Below, piece by piece: positions 36,258 through 45,068 of a stretch of 56,173 bases of DNA (positions are counted from its first letter, which is position 1; each line of letters starts with the position of its first letter). A program made the translations under genes and the position numbers. The stretch lies in assembly GCA_009929055.1 (NCBI GenBank), contig SABI01000001.1:1-56173 (forward strand), given 5' to 3'. The notes below the pieces were generated by a model. The model ran no database searches. It saw only the letters and a list, made by a program, of their open reading frames with translations, and was not told the origin of the DNA. Source of the stretch: Spirochaetia bacterium (GTDB taxonomy: Bacteria > Spirochaetota > Spirochaetia > Sphaerochaetales > Sphaerochaetaceae).

Positions 36258-37811
36258 ATGAAAAAGAAATTACGTTTTAGTGGAATCCTCTTACACCCAA
36301 CAAGTTTATATGGATCTTATGGGATTGGGGACCTTGGGCAAGTAGCCAAAGATTTTATTTTAATGCTTGAACAAAGTGGAGTTGGCTTGTGGCAAATTCT
36401 CCCATTAACACCGGTTGGGTATGGGGCTTCACCTTATGCAGCTCAGTCTGCTTTTGCTGGAAATGAACTTCTTATTAGTATCGATGAACTCATAAACGAT
36501 CTGCTTCTTAGACATGAGGATATCTCAACTATTCCACATTTCTCTGACTCTATCGTTGAGTTTGATAAAGTTGCTTCTTTTAAGAAACCGCTCCTCTCTT
36601 TAGCTGTTTCTCGATTTATTGCAATTGGTGATAAAAAAATACAAAAAGAGTATCATGAATTTCTTACTACACACTCCTATTGGATAGAAGACTATGCCCT
36701 CTATAAGGCTTTAAGTGATTATTACAACGATACAAGATGGTATAGTAAATGGGAAGAAGGGCTTAAACACAGAGATGAAAAGACACTCCTTCTTTGGAAG
36801 AAGAAGTTAGCAAAAGAGATTGAAGAGCAAAAAATATTGCAATTCTTTTTCTTTAGGCAATGGCAACGTATTCACAATTTTGCTAAAGAACATCAAGTAG
36901 CTATTGTTGGAGATATTCCTATCTTTGTTGCTCATGATAGTGCAGATGCGTGGTCTCATCGCTCTTATTTAAAAATGGATGATGAAGGAAAACTTGAGAA
37001 GATTGCTGGGGTTCCACCAGATGCTTTTAGTCCAACTGGGCAATTATGGGGAAATCCTGTGTATAACTGGGAAGCCTTAAAAAAAGATAATTATTCATGG
37101 TGGATTAAACGAGTATCTCATCAACTGTTGTTAACTGATATGGTTAGAATGGATCATTTTCGAGGTTTTGAGGCAGCATGGGAAGTTCCTTTTGGCGATA
37201 CCACAGCTGAGAATGGAAAGTGGGTAAAAGCCCCTGGGATCGATTTTTTTAACGTACTAAGAAAAGAAATTGGCTACCTTCCAATAATAGCAGAAGACCT
37301 TGGAGTAATTACCAAAGAGGTAGAAGAATTAAGAGATTCTAATAACTTCCCTGGAATGAATATCCTTCAGTTTGCTTTTAATGTAGATGAACAAGGGAAC
37401 TTAGATGCCCATCATTCTTACCTTCCCCATAATTGGGATGCTCTTTGTGCCTCCTATACAGGAACACATGATAATAATACTACTAAGGGGTGGTATGATG
37501 CCCTTCAGGAGAGAGAAAGAGATGCTGTAAGGCGTTATTTGAGTTGTGGTGATGAATCTGTCATCTGGTATTTTATAAGGGCTGTGATGGCTAGTAGTGC
37601 AATGTATGCTATTGTCCCATTTCAAGACATTCTTGAGTTAGACGGGAGTGCGAGGATGAATTTTCCGGGCACCTGTGGTGGAACAAACTGGGCCTACAAA
37701 GTAGCTCCTGGTTCCTTTAATAAATCAATTAAAGATAAGATTAAAGCGATGGTCGCCCCCTTTGGTCGTGATGGAAGATATAAAGATCTTATTAAAGCTG
37801 TTGCCGATTGA
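36258..37811 (+). CDS. malQ: 4-alpha-glucanotransferase (amylomaltase, GH77)
   Basis: 517 aa. N-terminus SGILLHPTSLYGSYGIGDLG plus the VRMDHFRGF and IIAEDLGVI motifs. Confidence 0.9.
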   Translation: MKKKLRFSGILLHPTSLYGSYGIGDLGQVAKDFILMLEQSGVGLWQILPLTPVGYGASPYAAQSAFAGNELLISIDELINDLLLRHEDISTIPHFSDSIVEFDKVASFKKPLLSLAVSRFIAIGDKKIQKEYHEFLTTHSYWIEDYALYKALSDYYNDTRWYSKWEEGLKHRDEKTLLLWKKKLAKEIEEQKILQFFFFRQWQRIHNFAKEHQVAIVGDIPIFVAHDSADAWSHRSYLKMDDEGKLEKIAGVPPDAFSPTGQLWGNPVYNWEALKKDNYSWWIKRVSHQLLLTDMVRMDHFRGFEAAWEVPFGDTTAENGKWVKAPGIDFFNVLRKEIGYLPIIAEDLGVITKEVEELRDSNNFPGMNILQFAFNVDEQGNLDAHHSYLPHNWDALCASYTGTHDNNTTKGWYDALQERERDAVRRYLSCGDESVIWYFIRAVMASSAMYAIVPFQDILELDGSARMNFPGTCGGTNWAYKVAPGSFNKSIKDKIKAMVAPFGRDGRYKDLIKAVAD

Positions 37812-39396
37812 TTCGTTCTAAAGATCGTAAGGGATGGATGTTGATACTATTATCATACCAACCCCTTACTTGTGAAGAGTCTATTATATGCAAAGAGAAC
37901 CCCGAATGAATTGGAAAGATAATAGCATCTTCTAATAGGATATTTTGTGCTTGTTCGATATACAACTTACGTTCTACTTCATCGCTACTTTTTAAAGCCT
38001 CTTCTAAAAGATAGTCGTACTCTTTGTTTGAATAGTTAGCAATATTATAAGAACTTGAGCTACTAAACAATGGTAAAAAGGCAAATGGATCATTAAAATC
38101 AGCAACCCAAGTAATATACGAGACATCGTATGGATTTTCTCTAGGGTAACGAGTGTATAAAGACAATGGGACGGTATCAACAATAACAGGGATTAAAAGA
38201 GTATTAGCCCAGAAAGTAGCTAAGTGAGAGGCTGTTTCTTGAATAGGAGCTCCTCTATGAATTGCCATGCTAAGGGGAGGAAGAGATGAAAAGGATGAAT
38301 AGCCTGCCTCTTTAAGGAATGAGAGAGCTTGTATGGTGGTATCATTAGAGTTTTTTTTGTCTGCCCAAGTTGTCATAGGGATAAGTGTGTTAGATGGAAA
38401 AAGCTGACCACTATTGGCCCTAATTTCATCCCAAGGTGTAATGAGTGAGATTGCTTTTCTTACTCGTGAATCACTATAGGGACCACTTTTTGCACTGAAA
38501 TAGAAAAACCCTGTTGCATAGGTTTGGCTTATGTGGAGGTCTTTCTTTTCTCTAAGCAATTGAGGAGGGACATAGCTAAGGAGCCACTGCGCCTCTTTAT
38601 TTAGATATGATTCGATGGCTCCAAGTTCATCTTTAATTAAAATTTGAATATAGTCGCTCTTAACAGAAGAGGAATCATGATAATATCTATTTTTTGCTAA
38701 AAGAATTTTATTTTGGCTACTTTCTTGGAGTGTATAGGCACCAGAAGTTGTTAAGCTTTGCTTTCCATTTTTGAAGGAATCAGGGTGGATTGCAGCAAAG
38801 ACTACATTGGTGAGTAAAGAGGGGAGATAAGGTGCCCTATTATTAAGTTGAACTTCTACTACATATTCTGATTTCTCATATATACCGACATCTTCCTTTT
38901 TCCCATTTCCAAGGCGATAATCCTTGGCCCCTTTTACCACATCGAATAAACTTACAAGATAACTTTTTTGAGCTATAGGGGAGGCACTTTCTAGTAAGTG
39001 TAACCAAGAAATCAGAAAGTGCTTTGCTTTTATAGAGTCTCCATTTGAAAATTTAGCTGATTTTTTGATATAGAACGTCCAAATTAAGCCATCACTGCTC
39101 ATATCGACTTTTTCTGCTATTGCTTTTACAGCTTCTCCTGTTTCATTATCAACTCGAAATAATCCCTCATAGATTCCTTCAAGAATCAAAAGAGAGAGTT
39201 CATCATTAGCAACAAATGGATCTAACAGGGGAGAGTCATCTCCTTGGGGATAAACTATGGTAAAGATATTTTCCTTATCCAATACGGACAAGGGTTCTTC
39301 AAGATTCCCTTTACTAATAAGAGGACTTAGTGAAAAAGGGAGAATTAATACACAAAGTATGAAGCAATATCTTTGTACTCTTTTGTTCACACACAC
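37792..39396 (-). CDS. orphan family-5 (peptide/nickel-type) ABC substrate-binding lipoprotein
   Basis: 534 aa with a signal peptide and possible lipobox CFIL-C. The overall OppA/DppA-like pattern is a weaker, memory-based call. It requires a GTG start, either 39396 or (better spaced from the GAGGA) 39390. No permease or ATPase genes are nearby. Confidence 0.7.
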   Translation of the reverse strand: MCVNKRVQRYCFILCVLILPFSLSPLISKGNLEEPLSVLDKENIFTIVYPQGDDSPLLDPFVANDELSLLILEGIYEGLFRVDNETGEAVKAIAEKVDMSSDGLIWTFYIKKSAKFSNGDSIKAKHFLISWLHLLESASPIAQKSYLVSLFDVVKGAKDYRLGNGKKEDVGIYEKSEYVVEVQLNNRAPYLPSLLTNVVFAAIHPDSFKNGKQSLTTSGAYTLQESSQNKILLAKNRYYHDSSSVKSDYIQILIKDELGAIESYLNKEAQWLLSYVPPQLLREKKDLHISQTYATGFFYFSAKSGPYSDSRVRKAISLITPWDEIRANSGQLFPSNTLIPMTTWADKKNSNDTTIQALSFLKEAGYSSFSSLPPLSMAIHRGAPIQETASHLATFWANTLLIPVIVDTVPLSLYTRYPRENPYDVSYITWVADFNDPFAFLPLFSSSSSYNIANYSNKEYDYLLEEALKSSDEVERKLYIEQAQNILLEDAIIFPIHSGFSLHIIDSSQVRGWYDNSINIHPLRSLERINRQQL

Positions 39397-40397
39397 TCCT
39401 CATATAACAAAGTAGCTACATCTAGGGCCATAGATTGAAGTGATTCTCCTAACTCTATGCTAGCGAGGTTAATTATTTTTGAATAGATGTCTTGCTTTGT
39501 GTAAGGGGTTTGGGGGAGTATGTTTTGAAGAAATTCAATGAACTCAACTGCAAGGGCGTCACTTGATAAAGCTACTTCTTTAATTAGCCCTTTTTGGACT
39601 GTAAAATCGAAGGTAATTCTTCCCCATTCAAAACGCTTTGATATTGGGTGAGTAAAGTGGGGAGATGAACCATACAACCATTGCCAGCTACTATATTGAG
39701 TATATGTTTCATTGAGGGTTGGCTCTAAAGAGAGGTTTGATAAAGTTAATGCCTCTACTTCAACTCTACTTTCATAGGTGTTAAAAAATTCTTCAATAAT
39801 AGCTTCACATAATTTTTCATGGGTAATTGAGGGTTCAATAGTTGCTAGATTTGTCACCCTCGAAGAAACTGAGCGGATTCCTTTTGAGACTAATTTTTCT
39901 TTATCAGGGGTGAGGTAGAGGGGAAGAGCCCCCATATTAGCATTTATAAGGAGGGTTCCATGATGGAATGCTTTTTTGCTGTTTTTCTTAAAAGCGCTTC
40001 CTGAAAACTTTTTATCTTCTACTAATAAGTCATTTCTCCCACTAGTCATTCCCTCAATTCCAAAATGTGTAATAGCTTTAAGAATGATAGAGAAGTTTCT
40101 TTGTATATCATAATCATCTATAGGGGACATGAATGTAAAATTAGTATTGCCTAAATCATGGTAGACAGCACCACCGCCACTTTGACGACGCGAAAGGATG
40201 ATATTATCTCTCTCCATTGCTCCAAGATCACACTCAATCCATGGATTTTGAAAGCGTCCAATTACAATACAAGGCGAATTGCGCCAAAGGAACAATATAT
40301 GTTCATCATCTGGAAAGTTCTTGAACAACCAATCCTCTGTTGCAAGGTTGAACCAAGGGTCATTATGTTCTGCTGTAAAAACTCTTACTTTATTCAT
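39387..40397 (-). CDS. lplA: lipoate-protein ligase A
   Basis: DPWFNLATEDWLF, RRQSGGGAVYHDLGN and KFSGSAFK motifs. The start is moved to ATG 40397 (GGGGAAG RBS). Confidence 0.9.
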   Translation of the reverse strand: MNKVRVFTAEHNDPWFNLATEDWLFKNFPDDEHILFLWRNSPCIVIGRFQNPWIECDLGAMERDNIILSRRQSGGGAVYHDLGNTNFTFMSPIDDYDIQRNFSIILKAITHFGIEGMTSGRNDLLVEDKKFSGSAFKKNSKKAFHHGTLLINANMGALPLYLTPDKEKLVSKGIRSVSSRVTNLATIEPSITHEKLCEAIIEEFFNTYESRVEVEALTLSNLSLEPTLNETYTQYSSWQWLYGSSPHFTHPISKRFEWGRITFDFTVQKGLIKEVALSSDALAVEFIEFLQNILPQTPYTKQDIYSKIINLASIELGESLQSMALDVATLLYEECV

Positions 40398-40474
40398 ATG
40401 CTTCCCCATTTTTAGCGTAGGATGTATTTTACCTTGTTTACACACCTAAGGCAACAACATATACTTACCCTGCT

Positions 40475-41179
40475 ATGAATATCATACTTTTTGAACAACA
40501 TGAACCTCTTGGTCTCCTCTCTGTAGACGATTACCGCTCCATTCATATCATGAGCGTCTTGAAATTGAAGATAGGTGAGTCTTTTATTATGGGGGTAATC
40601 AATTTACACCAAGGAATTGGAACGATTGTTGATATAAATAAAGAGTCTATTCACTATACATACCAGCAAACAAGTTTAGGAGTCCCTCTTTATCCCCTTA
40701 CACTCCTTGTGGGGCAAGTGCGTCCTATAAGTATGAAAAGAATTTTAAGAGAAGCTGTGATGCTAGGGGTAAAGAAAGTAATTATTTCAGGATGTGACCT
40801 TACTGAAAAGTCGTATGAGAATGCTAAAATTTGGAGTGACCAAGAATACAAGAAGTACCTACTCGATGGTGCTATGCAAGCAGGAAGCCCTCATATTAGT
40901 GATGTAGAGCTTATTAAAAGCGTTTATAAAGTTCCACTTACGTTTGATAACCTCATACTCCTTGATAATATTCTTCCTTCCACTAGATTCTCATCCACCC
41001 CCCTAAAAGGTAGTACATTGCTTGCAATAGGACCAGAAAGAGGCTTCTCTGATAAAGAGAGGTCTTTCTTCATACATAGTGGATTTACTGTTCATTCACT
41101 AGGGAGGAGGATTTTACGTACTGAAACAGCTTGTTCTGTGGGAGTAGGTCTAGCCCTCTCTTGCATGAATTATTTGTAA
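40475..41179 (+). CDS. rsmE: 16S rRNA (uracil1498-N3)-methyltransferase
   Basis: 234 aa. C-terminal SPOUT-knot motif IGPERGFSDKE...LGRRILRTETA. Confidence 0.85.
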   Translation: MNIILFEQHEPLGLLSVDDYRSIHIMSVLKLKIGESFIMGVINLHQGIGTIVDINKESIHYTYQQTSLGVPLYPLTLLVGQVRPISMKRILREAVMLGVKKVIISGCDLTEKSYENAKIWSDQEYKKYLLDGAMQAGSPHISDVELIKSVYKVPLTFDNLILLDNILPSTRFSSTPLKGSTLLAIGPERGFSDKERSFFIHSGFTVHSLGRRILRTETACSVGVGLALSCMNYL

Positions 41180-41212
41180 TAGGTAGTATGTAACAATTAG
41201 AGGAGAAGTCGT

Positions 41213-42043
41213 ATGGCCCACTGTGTTGTTGAAGAAGCAGAGAAGATTTTAGATAAAGAGTTTAAGGTTCTTGATAAAGGATTTGTTCGTCTCGTTGATT
41301 ATCTAGGGAGTGATGAACGCATTGTTCAAGCCGCAAGAGTCAGCTACGGTGATGGGACAAAGACGTATCGTGAGGATAAGGGACTTATTAATTATCTCCT
41401 GAGAAATGACCATACATCCCCTTTTGAACAAGTTAATTTTACTTTTCATATTAAAATGCCTATTTTTGTTGCTCGCCAATGGATTCGCCACCGCACCGCT
41501 CGAGTGAATGAGATTAGTGGCCGCTATAGCATTATGAGCGATGAAGCCTATATTCCAGATCTTGAACATCTTAACTACCAGAGTTCTGATAACAAGCAAG
41601 GGCGTAGTGTTGAAGCAATGCCAGCTGAAGAATCTTTGAGAATTCAGCGTTTGATTGAGGAAGACCAAAAAAGGGCATTTGAAACATATCATACCCTATT
41701 AGAGGGTGATTTAGCTCGAGAAATTGCCCGAATTAACCTTCCTCTCAGTATGTATACTCAGTGGTATTGGCAGATGGATTTGCATAATCTCTTCCACTTT
41801 CTTGCTCTTCGTCTTGATGAACATGCTCAGTGGGAAATTAGAGTATATGCACAAGAAATTTTCGAAATTATAAAAAAAGTAGTTCCTGTCGCTGCCTCTG
41901 CTTTTGAAGAGTATAAGCTTAATGGAAAGATATTCTCATCTAATGAGATAGAGGCGATTAAAGAGATGTTAGATGGTAAAGAAAATCCCTTAACAGGGAG
42001 AGCTAAGACTCTATTTATGGAGAAGTTAAATAAAAGAAGTTAG
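41213..42043 (+). CDS. thyX: flavin-dependent thymidylate synthase
   Basis: ThyX signature RHRTARVNEISGRY (RHRxxSxxxxSxR type). 276 aa. Confidence 0.95.
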   Translation: MAHCVVEEAEKILDKEFKVLDKGFVRLVDYLGSDERIVQAARVSYGDGTKTYREDKGLINYLLRNDHTSPFEQVNFTFHIKMPIFVARQWIRHRTARVNEISGRYSIMSDEAYIPDLEHLNYQSSDNKQGRSVEAMPAEESLRIQRLIEEDQKRAFETYHTLLEGDLAREIARINLPLSMYTQWYWQMDLHNLFHFLALRLDEHAQWEIRVYAQEIFEIIKKVVPVAASAFEEYKLNGKIFSSNEIEAIKEMLDGKENPLTGRAKTLFMEKLNKRS

Positions 42044-42984
42044 GCTATCTTTTTATTCGATCTTTTCTTCTTGTTTAATTTTTTTTGTCTTTTTTTTTCT
42101 GCTTTTAACTCTTTAAGGGTGAGAAAACCTCTCTCGGGAGTAACTCGTTCCATCAGAGTCTCTGGGTTGCTAAGAATATGCTGTAGTGTTTGTATACTCT
42201 TAATAAAGTAAAAACCATCAGCAATTCTTTCATCCAGTGTTACCCCAATTTCCATTTTATCAACAAAAGAACGTATTCCCTCTTCATTTACCACTCTCTT
42301 ACGTTGCAACATACCCATGGTGATAAACATACTCGTGGTTCCCCATTCATAGAGGTGGTGATGGGGACTTCCCAATAAATTAATAGAGCCAAGGTTCGCA
42401 ACAAAAGCGGTCGCATGAAGTCCATCAGCATCTCTTAATGCCTTTGGAGCAATCCCTTTTACATCGATATATTTCATGATACTCATAAGGAATCTTAATA
42501 CTATTTTAGGGAAGTGAAGGAAAAATGAAATTGCGGCATCTGAGTCGTTATCGAGTCCCCCTTTCCTTGAGTCTTCAATAGTATTGTTTATAATTGTAGC
42601 CATCTCAGGAAAGGTCATAGTTGGTTCAAAATAGAGGATTGCGGAGTGCTCTGGAGCTTCATCAGTATAATCTTCTTTTACTACAAAGTTGAGACTTAAC
42701 TCATTTCTTTGCCAAGCATCATAGTTCATAATGAAACGATTTAGTTGAGGTCTTAGGACTACAGTCCTCATAACAGCTGCTAAAAAGAATTCAAATACAC
42801 GATATTGGTGATCTTTATTTACATCTTCTTTATTAAGCTGTTTTATGAAACGAACGGTATTTGTAAGGTCTATACTAAATTGATGATAAACAAGTGAATC
42901 AACTCTTTTTGGCATGAGATATGGGAGAATCCTTTTATAAGGAATTAAATTTGTTACGAAAGTTGCATCATTGCGTCTTTTCAT
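42040..42984 (-). CDS. 2-oxoacid dehydrogenase acyltransferase (E2) catalytic-domain-only homologue with a polybasic tail
   Basis: 314 aa. The C-terminal region GVTLDERIADGFYFIKSIQTLQHILSNPETL aligns to the E2/CAT motif DHRxxDG..F...L...L..P, with Glu in place of His. There is no lipoyl or subunit-binding domain. The tail is KAEKKRQKKLNKKKRSNKK. Confidence 0.65.
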   Translation of the reverse strand: MKRRNDATFVTNLIPYKRILPYLMPKRVDSLVYHQFSIDLTNTVRFIKQLNKEDVNKDHQYRVFEFFLAAVMRTVVLRPQLNRFIMNYDAWQRNELSLNFVVKEDYTDEAPEHSAILYFEPTMTFPEMATIINNTIEDSRKGGLDNDSDAAISFFLHFPKIVLRFLMSIMKYIDVKGIAPKALRDADGLHATAFVANLGSINLLGSPHHHLYEWGTTSMFITMGMLQRKRVVNEEGIRSFVDKMEIGVTLDERIADGFYFIKSIQTLQHILSNPETLMERVTPERGFLTLKELKAEKKRQKKLNKKKRSNKKIA

Positions 42985-43289
42985 CTACGAGTACCTACCT
43001 TTTTATTTTTTTCATTCACTCTTTTATTATTACGTTACTATTGTAAAGTGTCAACTGTCGATATTTAGAGGTACGGTTCACCTTGGAATATCTATATGTA
43101 ATTACACAATATTGAAATATATGTATCTATAAACAAATGAAAAGGAGTCATTAAATTCCTTGTTTAATAGATATAGAGCCTTTCTCATCTTTATTAAGGG
43201 TACTAGGTTTTCCCGATTAACCGCATCCTTATGGAAGTGGTCAAGAGATTCTTGCAATTATTAGAGGCTAATTGTAATGTAGGTGGTAT

Positions 43290-45068
43290 ATGGAAATTTC
43301 GTTAAAAGATCAGGCAAAGTCTCTTCCTCATCATAGTGGTGTCTATATCATGAAAGATGCAACTAATAAGGTTATCTATGTTGGCAAGGCAAAAGACTTA
43401 AGAAATAGAGTGACTTCTTATTTTTTAACAGGGAAAGATATAAAAACCACATTTCTTGTAAGCAAAATAGCTTCTCTAGATTACATTATCACAGGGAATG
43501 AGTATGAAGCTCTTGTGTTAGAGAATAACCTTATTAAGAAATATCGTCCTCACTATAATATTTCCTTAAAAGATGGAAAAAGTTATCCCCTTATTAGAAT
43601 TACTAACGAAGATTTTCCAAAAGTCTTTAGGACACGTCGAGTGATACATGATGGGTCTACCTATTTTGGTCCTTACCCAGACTTGAAAAGTCTTAATGAA
43701 TATTTACTTCTCATTGATAAAATGTTCCCACTAAGAAAGTGTGGCATTCCTCTTCGTAAGAGACTTACCCCTTGTCTTTATTACCATATTGGACGCTGCT
43801 GTGGCCCTTGTGCAAATCTTGTCACAAAAGAAGAATATGGAAAACATATTGAGAAAGTTAAAAAGTTTCTCTCAGGTGAAGACGATGAGTTAGTGAGAAT
43901 AACTCGTAATGAGATGAATGATGCGGCAAAGCAATTACAATTTGAAATAGCAGCCCAAAAAAGAGATCTTCTTAATTCATTAGAGTCTGTTTCAAGGGCT
44001 CAGCAGGTTGAAGACTTCTCTGTTGAAAGTAGAGATTATGCAGCGTGTGAGATGAGGATGCACCTTGCGACAGTAAGCATGCTTCAAATTAGAGATGGAA
44101 AGTTAATGGGTAAGGCTTTATATAGAGCTGAAACTTTTGGTGATGAAACAGATACCCTCGTTCACTTTCTCACTCAGTACTATAGTGATGGGGGAAATGT
44201 TCCCCAAGAATTATATGTCTCTCATGATGTCGATAGTGATCTTATTAGAACCTATCTAAATAAAGAGATGAATTATGATATTAATGTTTCAATACCGAAA
44301 GAGGGAAAGCATTATCGTGTACTGAGAATGTCAGCCGAAAATGCTTCTAGAGATGTTGAAAAGCGGTTAAGAAGTAATGGAAATCCCGAAGCATTAGAAG
44401 AGCTCATGGAAGTGCTTCAACTTGAAGAGCCTCCTATGTACATAGAAGGATTTGATATAGCACAACTAAGTGGTAAATATACTGTTGCCTCTCTTATTAC
44501 ATTTGTTGATGGAAACCCAGATAAATCTAATTATCGAAGATTTAATATAAAAAGTCTTGATGGAAGAATTGATGATTATGGAGCGATTAGAGAAGCTGTC
44601 ACCCGGCGCTATACAAGGCAGATAAGAGAGAAAAAAAGACTTCCTGATTTAATTATGATTGATGGGGGAAAGGGGCAAGTTAATAGTGCAAAAGAGGCTC
44701 TTTTAGCCCTTGGTCTTGATACTCTTCCTGTTATAGGACTTGCTGAGAAGTTTGAAGAGATTTACTTCCCTGATGATAGGGAAGTGCTTGTGTTAAAAGA
44801 AGATTCCCTCGCTTTAAAAGTACTTATTGCTGTAAGAGATGAAACACACCGTTTTGCAACGAGTCTTAACCAATCACAGCGTTCTAAAGAGGCCACTTTT
44901 GCTTTGCTTGAATCTATTAGCGGAGTGGGGCCAGCTCGCTCGAAACGTCTTATGCTTAATTATGGCACTGTTGAAGATCTTTTATCTAAAGATCCAAAGG
45001 AAATTGCTAAGAAAACAAAAATTCCATTAGATGTAATACTGAGAGTTATTAAAACTTTGCATCTGTAG
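43290..45068 (+). CDS. uvrC: excinuclease ABC subunit C
   Basis: GIY-YIG N-terminus (GVYIMKD...VIYVGKAKDLRNRV), a UVR domain, and a C-terminal (HhH)2 (ISGVGPARSKRLM). Confidence 0.95.
   Translation: MEISLKDQAKSLPHHSGVYIMKDATNKVIYVGKAKDLRNRVTSYFLTGKDIKTTFLVSKIASLDYIITGNEYEALVLENNLIKKYRPHYNISLKDGKSYPLIRITNEDFPKVFRTRRVIHDGSTYFGPYPDLKSLNEYLLLIDKMFPLRKCGIPLRKRLTPCLYYHIGRCCGPCANLVTKEEYGKHIEKVKKFLSGEDDELVRITRNEMNDAAKQLQFEIAAQKRDLLNSLESVSRAQQVEDFSVESRDYAACEMRMHLATVSMLQIRDGKLMGKALYRAETFGDETDTLVHFLTQYYSDGGNVPQELYVSHDVDSDLIRTYLNKEMNYDINVSIPKEGKHYRVLRMSAENASRDVEKRLRSNGNPEALEELMEVLQLEEPPMYIEGFDIAQLSGKYTVASLITFVDGNPDKSNYRRFNIKSLDGRIDDYGAIREAVTRRYTRQIREKKRLPDLIMIDGGKGQVNSAKEALLALGLDTLPVIGLAEKFEEIYFPDDREVLVLKEDSLALKVLIAVRDETHRFATSLNQSQRSKEATFALLESISGVGPARSKRLMLNYGTVEDLLSKDPKEIAKKTKIPLDVILRVIKTLHL

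Noticed and set aside
43055-43070. CTGT-N8-AGAG as an E. coli-type LexA box upstream of uvrC. Also CAAAGTTTG (about 47993-48001) and GTTC-N4-GAAT (about 48024-48035) upstream of hprK/lexA.
   Set aside because: None matches a known SOS-box consensus (CTGT-N8-ACAG, GAAC-N4-GTTC, TTTG-N5-CAAA) in sequence or polarity. These are single imperfect hits in AT-rich DNA.
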